In this document: piece by piece, positions 1-8,921 of the stretch
Layout: each line of letters opens with the position of its first letter
How positions within the stretch are numbered: position 1 is the first letter of the stretch
Source: Halalkalibacterium halodurans
GTDB lineage: Bacteria > Bacillota > Bacilli > Bacillales > Bacillaceae_D
Length of the DNA stretch: 32,000 nucleotides
Assembly: GCF_004376175.1 (NCBI RefSeq)
Contig: NZ_SNUY01000039.1
Location: 7,092-39,091, forward strand
Direction: 5' to 3'
The notes under the pieces: model-generated
Told to the model about the DNA's origin: nothing
What the model saw: only the letters and a program-made list of their open reading frames with translations
The model's database searches: none
Position numbers and translations under genes: made by a program

Positions 1-174
1 TCGGTTTGGCATAAAGGAAAAAATTGCTTGAAACCTCTTCTAGTATATCCTCGTATTTTTTGGATATACACCCTAACTATAATTCTTCATCCCATCTGGC
101 ATTCCTTCTGCTTTTTCCGAATAACTATGTTAAAATATAGTGATGTATAGCCTTATGATAAAGGAGATCTCAAC

Positions 175-888
175 TTGAATAAACGATATTGGTTGGTCAT
201 ACTTACATATGGATTAACTCAAGTTTCCGCCTTTATAGGAGTTCCTCTGCTATTAATACTAGGGTTCCAACAAGAGCAAATTCCAGGCATTTGGAGCTTT
301 ATTTCGTTCCCGATCGGATTGGCGATTATTCTCTGGCTTTTGCGACCAGATTTCCGAAATCGTCACATGATTCGCAACCGTTCCTCACGGGGGGAGGCAG
401 TCGCTTGGTCGATTCTTGGTGTTATATTGGTGTTTGTCGCCCAAGCAATCGCAGCTTATATTGAAATGACTGTATTTGGGATTGAGCCTGGATCGGAAAA
501 TACGGAGATGATCGTTGAAGTCACTAGAGCCTTCCCTGCATTCATCATCGTCACGTCCATTATTGGCCCAATTTTAGAGGAAATTGTTTTCCGAATGATT
601 ATTTTCGGCGCCTTGTATAAACGATTTAATTTTTGGATTGCCGCGCTTTTAAGCTCGTTCATTTTCGCCGCCGTCCATCTCGACTTCACCCATTTACTCG
701 TCTATACAGCCGCTGGCTTTGCATTTGCCTTCCTCTACGTAAAAACGAAACGGATTCTCGTTCCAATTGTTGCCCATGTGGCCATTAACGTCTATGTCGT
801 GCTCGTCAACCTCATTTTTTATGACAAAATTATGGATCTACAAAGACAGCTAGAAGAACTACAAATGTTTATTGGAGGGTTGTTATGA
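175..888 (+). CDS. CPBP (CAAX) family intramembrane metalloprotease, YdiL-like
   Basis: 237-aa polytopic ORF with CPBP motifs EEIVFR, FAAVH and a C-terminal AHVAIN histidine. TTG start lies 8 nt after AAAGGAGA. Confidence 0.85.
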   Translation: MNKRYWLVILTYGLTQVSAFIGVPLLLILGFQQEQIPGIWSFISFPIGLAIILWLLRPDFRNRHMIRNRSSRGEAVAWSILGVILVFVAQAIAAYIEMTVFGIEPGSENTEMIVEVTRAFPAFIIVTSIIGPILEEIVFRMIIFGALYKRFNFWIAALLSSFIFAAVHLDFTHLLVYTAAGFAFAFLYVKTKRILVPIVAHVAINVYVVLVNLIFYDKIMDLQRQLEELQMFIGGLL

Positions 889-1082
889 AGATCAGTCCTA
901 CCTTTTTAACCCTCCTGTATTTTACGATGGCAGGGTTAGTCACCTTTTTTGCGATTCACGTCGTGAATGAAAATGGCTGGAATTTATGGGCGTGGATCAT
1001 GATTGCCATGGCTGCCTATAATGTAATTATCGCCATTCGCTTCTACCAGCTTGGAAAACAACTGAAAAAAAGAGACCGGTAA
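885..1082 (+). CDS. small two-TMS membrane protein, YdiK-like
   Basis: 65-aa hydrophobic ORF. ATGA start/stop overlap with the upstream CPBP gene, GGAGGG RBS 6 nt upstream, basic C-terminus. Confidence 0.6.
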   Translation: MKISPTFLTLLYFTMAGLVTFFAIHVVNENGWNLWAWIMIAMAAYNVIIAIRFYQLGKQLKKRDR

Positions 1083-1096
1083 GCTTTTACCAAACG

Positions 1097-1128
1097 AAAA
1101 AGGGGGGATTCTCAGCCCCCCCCTTTTT
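1097..1128. terminator. bidirectional rho-independent terminator between convergent genes
   Basis: AAAAAGGGGGG-attctcag-CCCCCCCCTTTTT hairpin, with an A-run on one side and a T-run on the other. Confidence 0.8.
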
Positions 1129-1429
1129 ATATTTTTGAAAAACGTTCAAACACATCCATTAACTCGGCGATTGCTTCTTCGCTCTTCCCTTTTTCCACTG
1201 CATCAACCACGCAATGACTCGTATGACGCTCCAACAAGTTGAGGCTGACCTTCTTTAGCGCCGCATCGATCGCCGACAATTGGACGAGAATATCAATACA
1301 GTATCGATCGTCATCGATCATTTTTTGGATTCCGCGCACTTGCCCTTCAATACGCTTCAACCGATTCATTAATTGTTCTTTTTCCTTTTCATCTCGTGGA
1401 TGTGATGGGCTTTTGTGTTCATGCGCCAT
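1127..1429 (-). CDS. csoR: copper-sensing transcriptional repressor CsoR
   Basis: CsoR/DUF156 signature RLKRIEGQVRGIQKMI, YCIDIL and HTSHC (Cys-His-Cys ligand pattern). Start chosen at ATG 1429 (MAHEH...), 8 nt after GAGGGGGG; the longer ORF to 1492 would overlap copA. Confidence 0.9.
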   Translation of the reverse strand: MAHEHKSPSHPRDEKEKEQLMNRLKRIEGQVRGIQKMIDDDRYCIDILVQLSAIDAALKKVSLNLLERHTSHCVVDAVEKGKSEEAIAELMDVFERFSKI

Positions 1430-1457
1430 CTTAGCACCCCCCTCTAACCTTTCAATA

Positions 1458-3878
1458 TTATTTAATTTGGAAACGCTGCAGACGTAATGCATTCAAGACG
1501 ACGGAAACAGAGCTGAACGCCATTGCGGCTCCCGCTACCCATGGTGCTAATAAACCGGCAGCAGCAATCGGAATTGCAGACGTATTATAGACGAAAGCAA
1601 AAAATAAATTTTGCTTAATGTTTCGCATCGTTTTTTGGCTCATGAGGACTGCATCTGCAACCCGATGCAAGTCATCCCCAAGCAAGGTCAAATCAGCGGC
1701 CTCGATGGCAATGTCGGTCCCTGAACCGATCGCCATCCCTACATCGGCCGTTGCTAATGCTGGGGCATCATTTAATCCGTCGCCAACCATGGCGACCGTT
1801 CGTCCTTGTTCCTGCAGCTTACGGATTTGTTCACTCTTATCCTTCGGTAAAACTTCAGCAATCACCTGTTCAATTCCAACATCATTCGCAACAGCACGGG
1901 CCGTCCGTTCATTATCCCCTGTTAACATGACAATGTCCAATCCAAGCGCCTTTAACCGTTCGATGGCCTTTTTAGAAGATGGCTTCAACTGATCGGCTAC
2001 GGCCACATGAGCTGTTAGAATGCCGTCAACAGCCATGAACATCACCGTTTCCCCTCGGGCTTCTCGCGCTTCGGCACTCGAAAGCGCTTCTTTATAATCA
2101 ACCTGATGCTCGGCCATGAGCTTTCTCGTTCCAACGAGCACGTTCCTTCCAGCAACCATCGCTTCAACACCATGTCCCGGAATCGCAGAAAACGAGTCAG
2201 CCTCCAAGCGATCCACGCCTAGCTGTTTCATCCCGTCCACAATCGCTGTCGCTAATGGGTGTTCAGATCGCCGTTCTGCTGCATAAAGCATGGTGGCCAT
2301 TTCCTTCTCGTCAGCTGATCCGTACGTGACGAACTCAGTAAGCGACGGTTTTCCTTCCGTCACCGTTCCCGTTTTATCGAGAACAACTGTATCAATTCGC
2401 TGCGTATGTTCAAGATGTTCACCGCCTTTAAACAGCACACCTAACTCTGCGGATCTACCCGAACCAGCCATAATGGATGTCGGCGTTGCAAGCCCTAGAG
2501 CACAAGGGCACGCGATGACCAAAATGGAAATCGTCGGAATGAGTGCACTTGTGACGTTGCCTGGATCAATCACCATATACCATACGAGAAACGTAAGGAC
2601 GGAAATAGCAACAACGACAGGAACAAAAACACTAGAGACTTTATCGACCGCACGTTGAATATCTGCCTTTGAGCCTTGCGCTTCCTCGACCACTTTCACA
2701 ATTTGCGCGAGGGCCGTATCTTTTCCGACTCGCGTGGCTCGAATACGAAGTGACCCGTTATGATTAACGGTAGCACCGATGACTTGATCGCCAACATCTT
2801 TTTCGACTGGGATGCTCTCCCCGGTAAGCATTGACTCATCCACGGCAGAGTAGCCTTCCACCACTTCTCCATCGACGGGAATTTTTTCGCCTGGTTTGAC
2901 GAGAAGGAGATCCCCTGTTTTCACTTCTTCCAACGGAATTTGCTCCTCTTTCCCCTCTCGAATGACGCGGGCTGTTTTCGCCTGCAAGCCAAGAAGCTTA
3001 CGAATCGCCTCACTCGTACGGCCCTTCGCTCTTGCTTCAAAGTATTTTCCAAGAACAATAAGGGTAATGATAATCGCTGATGCTTCAAAATATAATTCCG
3101 GCATCATCCCCTCCCGCGTCCCATACAACCAATCATAGCCGAGATACATGCTGTAAAAATAAGCAGCCGATGTACCGAGGGCGACGAGTACATCCATGTT
3201 CGCGCTCTTATGGCGAAGGGCTTTATACGCTCCAACGTAAAACGGAGCCCCTATATAAAACTGAACGGGTGTCGCAAGCAACAATTGAACCCATGGATCC
3301 ATAAATAGATGAGGCATCCAAATGAACGAAGTGAATTCAAAATGTGTCACCATCGACCAGAGGAGGGGAAACGTTAAAACCGCTGAAATCCAAAAGCGGC
3401 GCTTCTGTTTTTGTAATTCACGTTCCCGTACATCTCCTTCTTCAGCGTCACCTGTTTTGCGCTTTAGTGTGTAACCTATCTGCTCGATCGCCTGTTCCAA
3501 ATCAGACGGTGATACACTTTCCGGTCTGTATTCGACCGTAGCCGTTTCAAGCGCAAGGTTAACAACCGCTTTGTGGACTCCTTCAAGACGATTCAGCTTC
3601 TTTTCAATTCGGTTAGCACAAGCGGCACACGTCATTCCAACCACGTCAAATTCCACTCTGTCGATTACCACTTTGTACCCGAGCTGCTCTACTTTTTCAA
3701 TAACCTGCTCTGGCTGAACCTTCTCTGGATCATACACTACCGTCGATCGTTCAAGCGTTAAGTTTACATTTGCCTCTTGAACGCCATCCATCCGTTGTAA
3801 GCCCTTTTCGATTCGATTGGAGCAAGCGGCACATGTCATCCCCTGAATATCCAACGTTAATTCTTTTTGATTTTTCAT
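1458..3878 (-). CDS. copA: copper-exporting P1B-type ATPase CopA
   Basis: Two N-terminal HMA domains ([24 protein letters not shown]), CPC transmembrane motif, DKTGT phosphorylation site, GDGLNDAP hinge. ATG 3878 lies 7 nt after GGAGG; the ORF track starts at GTG 3884, inside the RBS. Confidence 0.97.
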   Translation of the reverse strand: MKNQKELTLDIQGMTCAACSNRIEKGLQRMDGVQEANVNLTLERSTVVYDPEKVQPEQVIEKVEQLGYKVVIDRVEFDVVGMTCAACANRIEKKLNRLEGVHKAVVNLALETATVEYRPESVSPSDLEQAIEQIGYTLKRKTGDAEEGDVRERELQKQKRRFWISAVLTFPLLWSMVTHFEFTSFIWMPHLFMDPWVQLLLATPVQFYIGAPFYVGAYKALRHKSANMDVLVALGTSAAYFYSMYLGYDWLYGTREGMMPELYFEASAIIITLIVLGKYFEARAKGRTSEAIRKLLGLQAKTARVIREGKEEQIPLEEVKTGDLLLVKPGEKIPVDGEVVEGYSAVDESMLTGESIPVEKDVGDQVIGATVNHNGSLRIRATRVGKDTALAQIVKVVEEAQGSKADIQRAVDKVSSVFVPVVVAISVLTFLVWYMVIDPGNVTSALIPTISILVIACPCALGLATPTSIMAGSGRSAELGVLFKGGEHLEHTQRIDTVVLDKTGTVTEGKPSLTEFVTYGSADEKEMATMLYAAERRSEHPLATAIVDGMKQLGVDRLEADSFSAIPGHGVEAMVAGRNVLVGTRKLMAEHQVDYKEALSSAEAREARGETVMFMAVDGILTAHVAVADQLKPSSKKAIERLKALGLDIVMLTGDNERTARAVANDVGIEQVIAEVLPKDKSEQIRKLQEQGRTVAMVGDGLNDAPALATADVGMAIGSGTDIAIEAADLTLLGDDLHRVADAVLMSQKTMRNIKQNLFFAFVYNTSAIPIAAAGLLAPWVAGAAMAFSSVSVVLNALRLQRFQIK

Positions 3879-3891
3879 TCTCACACCTCCC

Positions 3892-3910
3892 TATACCCCT
3901 ATTGAGTATA
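3892..3910 (-). promoter_or_regulatory. CsoR-type operator overlapping a putative copA promoter
   Basis: Plus strand TATACCCCTATTGAGTATA, a GC-cored pseudo-palindrome (ATAC..GTAT) almost identical to the site at 4191-4208. On the minus strand it follows TTGACG-18-TATATA with a TG extension. Confidence 0.6.
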
Positions 3911-3922
3911 TAACATTTCGTA

Positions 3923-3946
3923 TAAAAAGCCGTCAATGAGACGGCA
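3923..3946 (-). terminator. hairpin plus T-run between copZ and copA (terminator or attenuator)
   Basis: Minus strand GCCGTC-TCATT-GACGGC followed by TTTTTATA. Confidence 0.5.
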
Positions 3947-3950
3947 AAGC

Positions 3951-4154
3951 TTATTCTACATCATATCCCTGGTCTTCAATTGTATCCTTAATTTTATCAA
4001 TCGAGACTTGATCCTCTTTATAGCTCACATTAACTGTTCCTTTATCTAACTGAACAGTAACTTTTTCTACCCCTGTTAATTGCCCGACGTTTTCTTCAAC
4101 TGCTTTCACACAATGTTGACAAGACATTCCTTTTACATTTAAAGTAGTCTCCAC
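3951..4154 (-). CDS. copZ: copper chaperone CopZ (HMA domain)
   Basis: 67-aa ORF with the GMSCQHC metal-binding motif. GTG start 7 nt after AAGGAGGGG. Confidence 0.93.
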   Translation of the reverse strand: METTLNVKGMSCQHCVKAVEENVGQLTGVEKVTVQLDKGTVNVSYKEDQVSIDKIKDTIEDQGYDVE

Positions 4155-4190
4155 TTTTTACCCCTCCTTTTCTCTTCTCTCACAATGTAC

Positions 4191-4208
4191 TATACCCCCC
4201 TATTGTAT
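4191..4208 (-). promoter_or_regulatory. CsoR-type operator upstream of copZ
   Basis: Plus strand TATACCCCCCTATTGTAT; minus strand ATACAATAGGGGGGTATAGTA, which resembles the GC-rich pseudo-palindromic B. subtilis copZA operator. TTGACA (4208-4213) spans the glxK stop codon. Confidence 0.6.
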
Positions 4209-4209
4209 G

Positions 4210-5352
4210 TCAAGTGCTTTTATTCCATGATGAAACTACCGCTATATTTCGGGCTGCTTGTTCTAGTAATGAATCGCCTTGTTGCATCGCTTCGTCCAAT
4301 GACATGATCCGCGGAACGAGAGAAAAAGCAGCATCAATTCCATGCTCAAAAACCGCTTCATAACCTTGGCCTAAGCTTCCGGCAATCGCAATGACCGGCA
4401 CACCATATTGTTTAGCCGCCTTTGCTACCCCAATAGGTGTTTTCCCATACACCGTTTGTTGATCGATTCTTCCTTCACCTGTAATGACGAGGTCTGCATC
4501 CTTCACGAGCTCATGAAAATTAGTTGCCTGTAACACGAGCTCCACTCCTGGGCTGAGCATTGCGTCAAGAAAAGCGATTAGCCCTGCCCCTAATCCTCCT
4601 GCCGCACCCGCACCTGGAATCGAAGCCACTTCTTTTCCTAACTCCTCTTCAATGATGTTGGCAAAGTGCAAAAGCTGTTCATCCAGTTCGCGGATCGTTG
4701 CTCGCGTGGCTCCTTTTTGCGGCCCATAAACAACCGCCGCTCCCTTTTCACCCACTAACGGGTTGTCTACATCACATGCCACTTGAAGCTTCACCTGTTG
4801 GATTCTTGGATCTACCTTACTCATGTCGATTCGTGCAAGCTCCTTTAGTTTACCTCCACCTTTTCCAATCGGCTCCCCGTTTTCTTTCAGCAGCCTGACA
4901 CCGACTGCCTGCGCCATGCCGGCACCGCCATCGTTTGTGGCGCTCCCTCCAATTCCTAGGATGATTTGCTCTACACCTTCATCGAGGGCATCGATGAGCA
5001 ATTGTCCAGTCCCATAGGTAGATGTCCATAGCGGATTCCGCTTTTCCTTCGGTACGAGATGAAGACCAGACGCCTGTGTCATCTCAATAACAGCGATTTT
5101 TCTATCTCCCGAAAGGCCATATTCAGCCTCCACCGTATCTCCTAATGGTCCCTCGACTTTAACTACCTTTCGCTCACCTTGAAGAGCATCAACGATCGAT
5201 TGGATCGTCCCTTCTCCACCATCGGCCATCGGAATGAGCCGATAGTTAGCATTAGGAATAACACGCCTGAATCCTTTTTCTATCGCTCTTGCTGCTTGTA
5301 AAGCGGTCATGCTCTCCTTAAAAGAGTCCGGTGCAATTACGATTGTGTTCAC
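4210..5352 (-). CDS. glxK: glycerate kinase
   Basis: Family-typical N-terminus IVIAPDSFKES and GIGGSATNDGGAGMAQA. GTG 5352 lies 9 nt after AGGAGG; the TTG 5361 used by the ORF track abuts the RBS. Confidence 0.92.
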   Translation of the reverse strand: MNTIVIAPDSFKESMTALQAARAIEKGFRRVIPNANYRLIPMADGGEGTIQSIVDALQGERKVVKVEGPLGDTVEAEYGLSGDRKIAVIEMTQASGLHLVPKEKRNPLWTSTYGTGQLLIDALDEGVEQIILGIGGSATNDGGAGMAQAVGVRLLKENGEPIGKGGGKLKELARIDMSKVDPRIQQVKLQVACDVDNPLVGEKGAAVVYGPQKGATRATIRELDEQLLHFANIIEEELGKEVASIPGAGAAGGLGAGLIAFLDAMLSPGVELVLQATNFHELVKDADLVITGEGRIDQQTVYGKTPIGVAKAAKQYGVPVIAIAGSLGQGYEAVFEHGIDAAFSLVPRIMSLDEAMQQGDSLLEQAARNIAVVSSWNKST

Positions 5353-5489
5353 CTTTTTCAACCTCCTATGCTTACATAGTCACTGAACTACTCCAAAAAT
5401 GAAGTTCGATCGTCGCGCGGCATTTACTTAGACGTTCTTCCATGTTTACTCCCTTACTTCCTGCTGTTGTGCTAAAGTGGTCCTCCGAT

Positions 5490-5520
5490 TAAAAAAAGAC
5501 CAAGGCGTCTTCCCTTGATC
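5490..5520 (-). terminator. rho-independent terminator after the MFS gene
   Basis: Minus strand GATCAAGG-GAAGACG-CCTTGGTC followed by TTTTTTT. Confidence 0.75.
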
Positions 5521-5533
5521 TTTTGTTCAACCA

Positions 5534-6961
5534 TTAACTTGCCGTGGAATTGACCCGCTCTTGTTCACCTTGCTTCGCTTTTTTTTCCAACCAGTATGCA
5601 GCTGGGATGGAAAGAGCCGTGAGGAATCCAACAATGAAAAAACCTTCATTGATTGCCTGCAAAGTCGCTTCCTCAAAAGAGGTAGAGATAAGGGCAAGCT
5701 GGCCGCGGCGTACCTCAAAGAACACAGAGATAAACACAATCCCGAACGCCGAGCTCATTTGTCGCAACACATTGTTCATTGCTGACCCACGGGAGATAAG
5801 TCCTTCAGGAATAGCATTCATCCCTGTCGTAGTTGCTGGCATCGTCGTCAATCCCATACCTACCCCGCGAATCGCCATCCAAGCAAAAATATACCATAAG
5901 CCCGTCTCAAGATGAAGGTAGCCAAGAGCGAACGTACCAACAGCCGCAATCATCATCCCGGCCGTCATAATCCCACTCGGGCCACGCTTATCCAACATAC
6001 GGCCACCGATCGACATCGTCAGTCCCGTAAAAAGGGCAGAAGGTAAGAATACAAGTCCTGTCATAATCGGGCCATAATCGTATACTTGCTGGAGCAAAAG
6101 CGGCACGAGAAAAATTCCCGCAAATAATCCGATCGATGAAATACCTGCTACCCATATACTTAAAGAATAGGCTGGGATGCGAAAAAGGCTCAAATCTAAA
6201 AGTGGCTGCTCTGCACGTTTCTCCACTTGCACAAACACGTACAGACACAACGCTCCAAGTAACAGTAAAACCCCGTTTATCCATTCGGTTAAATGGGTTA
6301 AATCCGACATCCGACCGAACGCTAAAAGAATCGAGCCAACTCCGGCCGTCACAAATAAAAAGCCCCAACGATCCAGTTTGATTTGTCCACTTCGCGCGAT
6401 TTTTGGTAGATAAATGACGGCGGCAATAATGCCGAGTAGCCCAAACGGAATGTTAACTAAAAAGAGATATTTCCAATTGGATGTCTCAACAATAAATCCG
6501 CCAAGAGTCGGGCCAATGGTCGGCGCCATCATGGAGGCAACGCCCCATACGCCCGTTGCTAAGCCCCGCTCATTTCGCGGAAACGCATCGAAAATGAGCG
6601 TCATGGACAAAGGCATCATGATCCCACCACCAATTCCTTGCAATCCGCGGAAGACGATCAAGGAAGGTAAATTCCATGACAATGCGCCAAGCAAAGAGCC
6701 GAGCACAAAAATGCCAAGACCGAGAATATATGCCTCTTTTTTTCCGATCTTATCACCTAGATAGCCTGTGAGCGGCATCGTCATCCCCATCGCGACCATG
6801 AAGATCGTGATGACCCAGCCGGTGGCAACGGCATCCGCTTCAAAGACGTTCATCAATTGAGGGATGGCAGGGTTAAGCATACTATTATTTAAAATCATCG
6901 TGAATGAACCGAACAAGACGGCACAAACGACCATCCATTTTTTCGGAATGTTTTTCATCAT
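5534..6961 (-). CDS. MFS transporter, DHA2 (EmrB/QacA-like, 14 TMS) drug:H+ antiporter family
   Basis: 475 aa with about 14 hydrophobic segments. MFS motif A-like GYLGDKIGKK and motif C-like APTIGPTLGG. Confidence 0.9.
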   Translation of the reverse strand: MMKNIPKKWMVVCAVLFGSFTMILNNSMLNPAIPQLMNVFEADAVATGWVITIFMVAMGMTMPLTGYLGDKIGKKEAYILGLGIFVLGSLLGALSWNLPSLIVFRGLQGIGGGIMMPLSMTLIFDAFPRNERGLATGVWGVASMMAPTIGPTLGGFIVETSNWKYLFLVNIPFGLLGIIAAVIYLPKIARSGQIKLDRWGFLFVTAGVGSILLAFGRMSDLTHLTEWINGVLLLLGALCLYVFVQVEKRAEQPLLDLSLFRIPAYSLSIWVAGISSIGLFAGIFLVPLLLQQVYDYGPIMTGLVFLPSALFTGLTMSIGGRMLDKRGPSGIMTAGMMIAAVGTFALGYLHLETGLWYIFAWMAIRGVGMGLTTMPATTTGMNAIPEGLISRGSAMNNVLRQMSSAFGIVFISVFFEVRRGQLALISTSFEEATLQAINEGFFIVGFLTALSIPAAYWLEKKAKQGEQERVNSTAS

Positions 6962-7105
6962 CTGTCACACCATTTCGCTTTTCGAAATAACTATTATCCA
7001 TCTTAACAGATTTTCGATTAGAATGTCCTGATTTTAGCCCATGTTAGAACAGTTTCCATTACATTTTACTGTTACAGTTATCATGAGTTTGTCTTTCCGT
7101 TAATA

Positions 7106-7131
7106 GAAAAAAGAGCTAGTAAGCCTAGCCC
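7106..7131 (-). terminator. candidate terminator overlapping the tatC stop codon
   Basis: Minus strand GGGCTAG-GCTTA-CTAGCTC followed by TTTTTTC. The stem is short with one mismatch. Confidence 0.45.
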
Positions 7132-7886
7132 TCCTCCTGTCTATATTCTTCTTGCCTCAATTTCTCTAGCTTTTGTACTTTTCGATATGTTAAGTGTGAT
7201 ACCCAAATGCTAAATTCGTACAGCAGTAATAGAGGTACCGTAACCATTAAATGGGAAATTAGTTCAGGTGGTGTAATAAAACCTGCGACGACTAGTAAGA
7301 CAAAAAAGGCATATTTCCGTACACTGCGCAAAAATTCCGGGGTCACGATTCCAAGTCTTGTGAGGAACATAACCACCACCGGCAGTTGGAATAGCACACC
7401 GAACGGCATCGTAATCTGGAACAAAAACGTAAAGTATTCATTGATCCCATAAAGCTCGTTAATGTGTAACCGTTCCGCTAATCCCCCGATAAATTGGATC
7501 AGAAACGGAAACAAAATAAAATAGGCAAACGAAAGTCCACCAAGAAATAGGAAAAATGCAATCGGTATATACGCTAATGTGGCCTTGCGCTCGTTTTCAT
7601 GAAGACCTGGACTGACGAAGGCCCACAATTGATATAAAATAATGGGAAATACAAGAATAAACGCACTCGTAAAAGCAAATGTCATATAGACCCGCAATGG
7701 ATCTGTCAATTTGAATGCGTTCATCGGAAGGTCTTGTGCCGTCGGTGCGCCTTGTAAATACGTAATCATCGGTGTTGCCAGAAAAAATCCGACAACCAAG
7801 GCGATGGCAAAAAAGACGACGATGATTAAAATCCGCCGTCTTAACTCGGCGATATGGTCCATTAAGGACATGTCTCGTTCGTTCAT
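7125..7886 (-). CDS. tatC: twin-arginine translocase subunit TatC
   Basis: 253 aa, six TMS, N-terminal MSLMDHIAELRRR typical of TatC. GGAAGG RBS. Confidence 0.95.
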   Translation of the reverse strand: MNERDMSLMDHIAELRRRILIIVVFFAIALVVGFFLATPMITYLQGAPTAQDLPMNAFKLTDPLRVYMTFAFTSAFILVFPIILYQLWAFVSPGLHENERKATLAYIPIAFFLFLGGLSFAYFILFPFLIQFIGGLAERLHINELYGINEYFTFLFQITMPFGVLFQLPVVVMFLTRLGIVTPEFLRSVRKYAFFVLLVVAGFITPPELISHLMVTVPLLLLYEFSIWVSHLTYRKVQKLEKLRQEEYRQEEG

Positions 7887-7898
7887 ACAACTACCTTC

Positions 7899-8093
7899 CT
7901 ACTGTCCGTTCTGTTGATTCTCGTTCTTTTTCTTATCGTCGTCCTCGTCCGCTAAGCCCTTTGTAGCATTTTTAAATTCACGCAATGTGTTTCCTGCCGC
8001 TTTCCCAAGCTCAGGCAATTTTTTCGGTCCGAAAATAAGCAACGCAACAAGTGCAATAATAAGAATGCTACCTGCACCTAATCCTCCAGGCAT
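7899..8093 (-). CDS. tatA: twin-arginine translocase subunit TatA/E
   Basis: 64 aa: one N-terminal TMS, FGPKKLPELGK hinge/amphipathic motif, acidic tail. Confidence 0.92.
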   Translation of the reverse strand: MPGGLGAGSILIIALVALLIFGPKKLPELGKAAGNTLREFKNATKGLADEDDDKKKNENQQNGQ

Positions 8094-8123
8094 ACTGACA
8101 CCCCCTTCTTGTCCTATATCCTA

Positions 8124-8759
8124 TTATAAAGGATAATGCTTTAAAAAATAAATGAGCGCCTGCAATTCAACCGATAAGTCAATATGGTGAACACGAACGT
8201 GCTCTGGCACCGCAATTCTTGCTGGTGTAAAGTTCAAAATCCCTTTCACTCCAGCGTTTACGAGACGGTCTGCTGTTTTTTGGGCAACCGCAGCAGGCAC
8301 TGTTAAGATCGCCACCGATACGTCTGACGTTATTTTGTTCTCTAAATTGTCAAGATTTTCGATTTTTACACCACTAACAGTATTCCCTATTTTTTCCCGA
8401 TCTACATCAAACGCCATGACAATTTGCGTATGATTGTTTTTTGAAAAGTTATAGTTTAACAAGGCGGTCCCTAGATTCCCTACACCGATGAGCATGACCT
8501 TCGTCAGTTCATCCTGATGAAGCGTCTTTCGAAAAAAGGTTAGCAAATAATTGACGTTATAGCCGTATCCTTTTTTTCCGAGTGCACCAAAATAGGAGAA
8601 GTCACGCCGAATCGTCGCTGAATCCACCTTGACTGCTTCACTTAGCTCAGATGAGGAGACCCGTTGTTTTCCTGAAGCGTGCAAATTTTCAAGAAAGCGA
8701 TAGTATAACGGTAAACGTTTAGCCGTTGCTTGTGGAATTTTCGTTGGTTCGTTGTTCAT
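8124..8759 (-). CDS. rex: redox-sensing transcriptional repressor Rex
   Basis: [16 protein letters not shown] winged-helix N-terminus and GVGNLG Rossmann NADH-binding motif. Same position as in the B. subtilis rex-tatAy-tatCy locus. Confidence 0.95.
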   Translation of the reverse strand: MNNEPTKIPQATAKRLPLYYRFLENLHASGKQRVSSSELSEAVKVDSATIRRDFSYFGALGKKGYGYNVNYLLTFFRKTLHQDELTKVMLIGVGNLGTALLNYNFSKNNHTQIVMAFDVDREKIGNTVSGVKIENLDNLENKITSDVSVAILTVPAAVAQKTADRLVNAGVKGILNFTPARIAVPEHVRVHHIDLSVELQALIYFLKHYPL

Positions 8760-8921
8760 AGTCTGCCCCCAATTATCTACACGTCCTTATTCATGTCGTT
8801 TACTATTGTACACTATTTTCTCAAACCATGTAATCGTTTTACTTTCAGAGTCGTTTGTTGTTGATCGACCGGTATTACGGTACACTTAAAATAGACAACA
8901 AATGAATGTAGGATGATAAAA

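Noticed and set aside
43-136. 8-bp perfect hairpin GTATATCC-N11-GGATATAC (43-69) and a TGtTAAAAT extended -10-like sequence (128-136) upstream of the CPBP protease gene.
   Set aside because: The window edge truncates the context. There is no T-run for a terminator call and no recognisable -35, so neither is reported as a feature.
1618-3761. Plus-strand ORFs antisense to copA (1618-1992, 2290-2658, 2896-3138 and others). Similar antisense ORFs occur inside the MFS, ALDH, ADH, tsaD and thiL genes.
   Set aside because: Each is fully embedded opposite a long ORF with clear family motifs. They lack RBSs and have Ser/Pro/Arg-rich composition typical of shadow ORFs.
5372-5443. 23-codon ORF (MEERLSKCRATIELHFWSSSVTM) with a GGGAG RBS in the glxK leader; considered as a possible leader peptide.
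   Set aside because: There is no attenuator-like alternative structure and no codon bias pointing to a sensed amino acid. The ORF is too short to evaluate without comparative data.
8760-8921. Rex operator (TTGTGAA-N6-TTCACAA) in the rex/ABC-F divergent region and upstream of adh.
   Set aside because: No match better than half-site level was found in either region.
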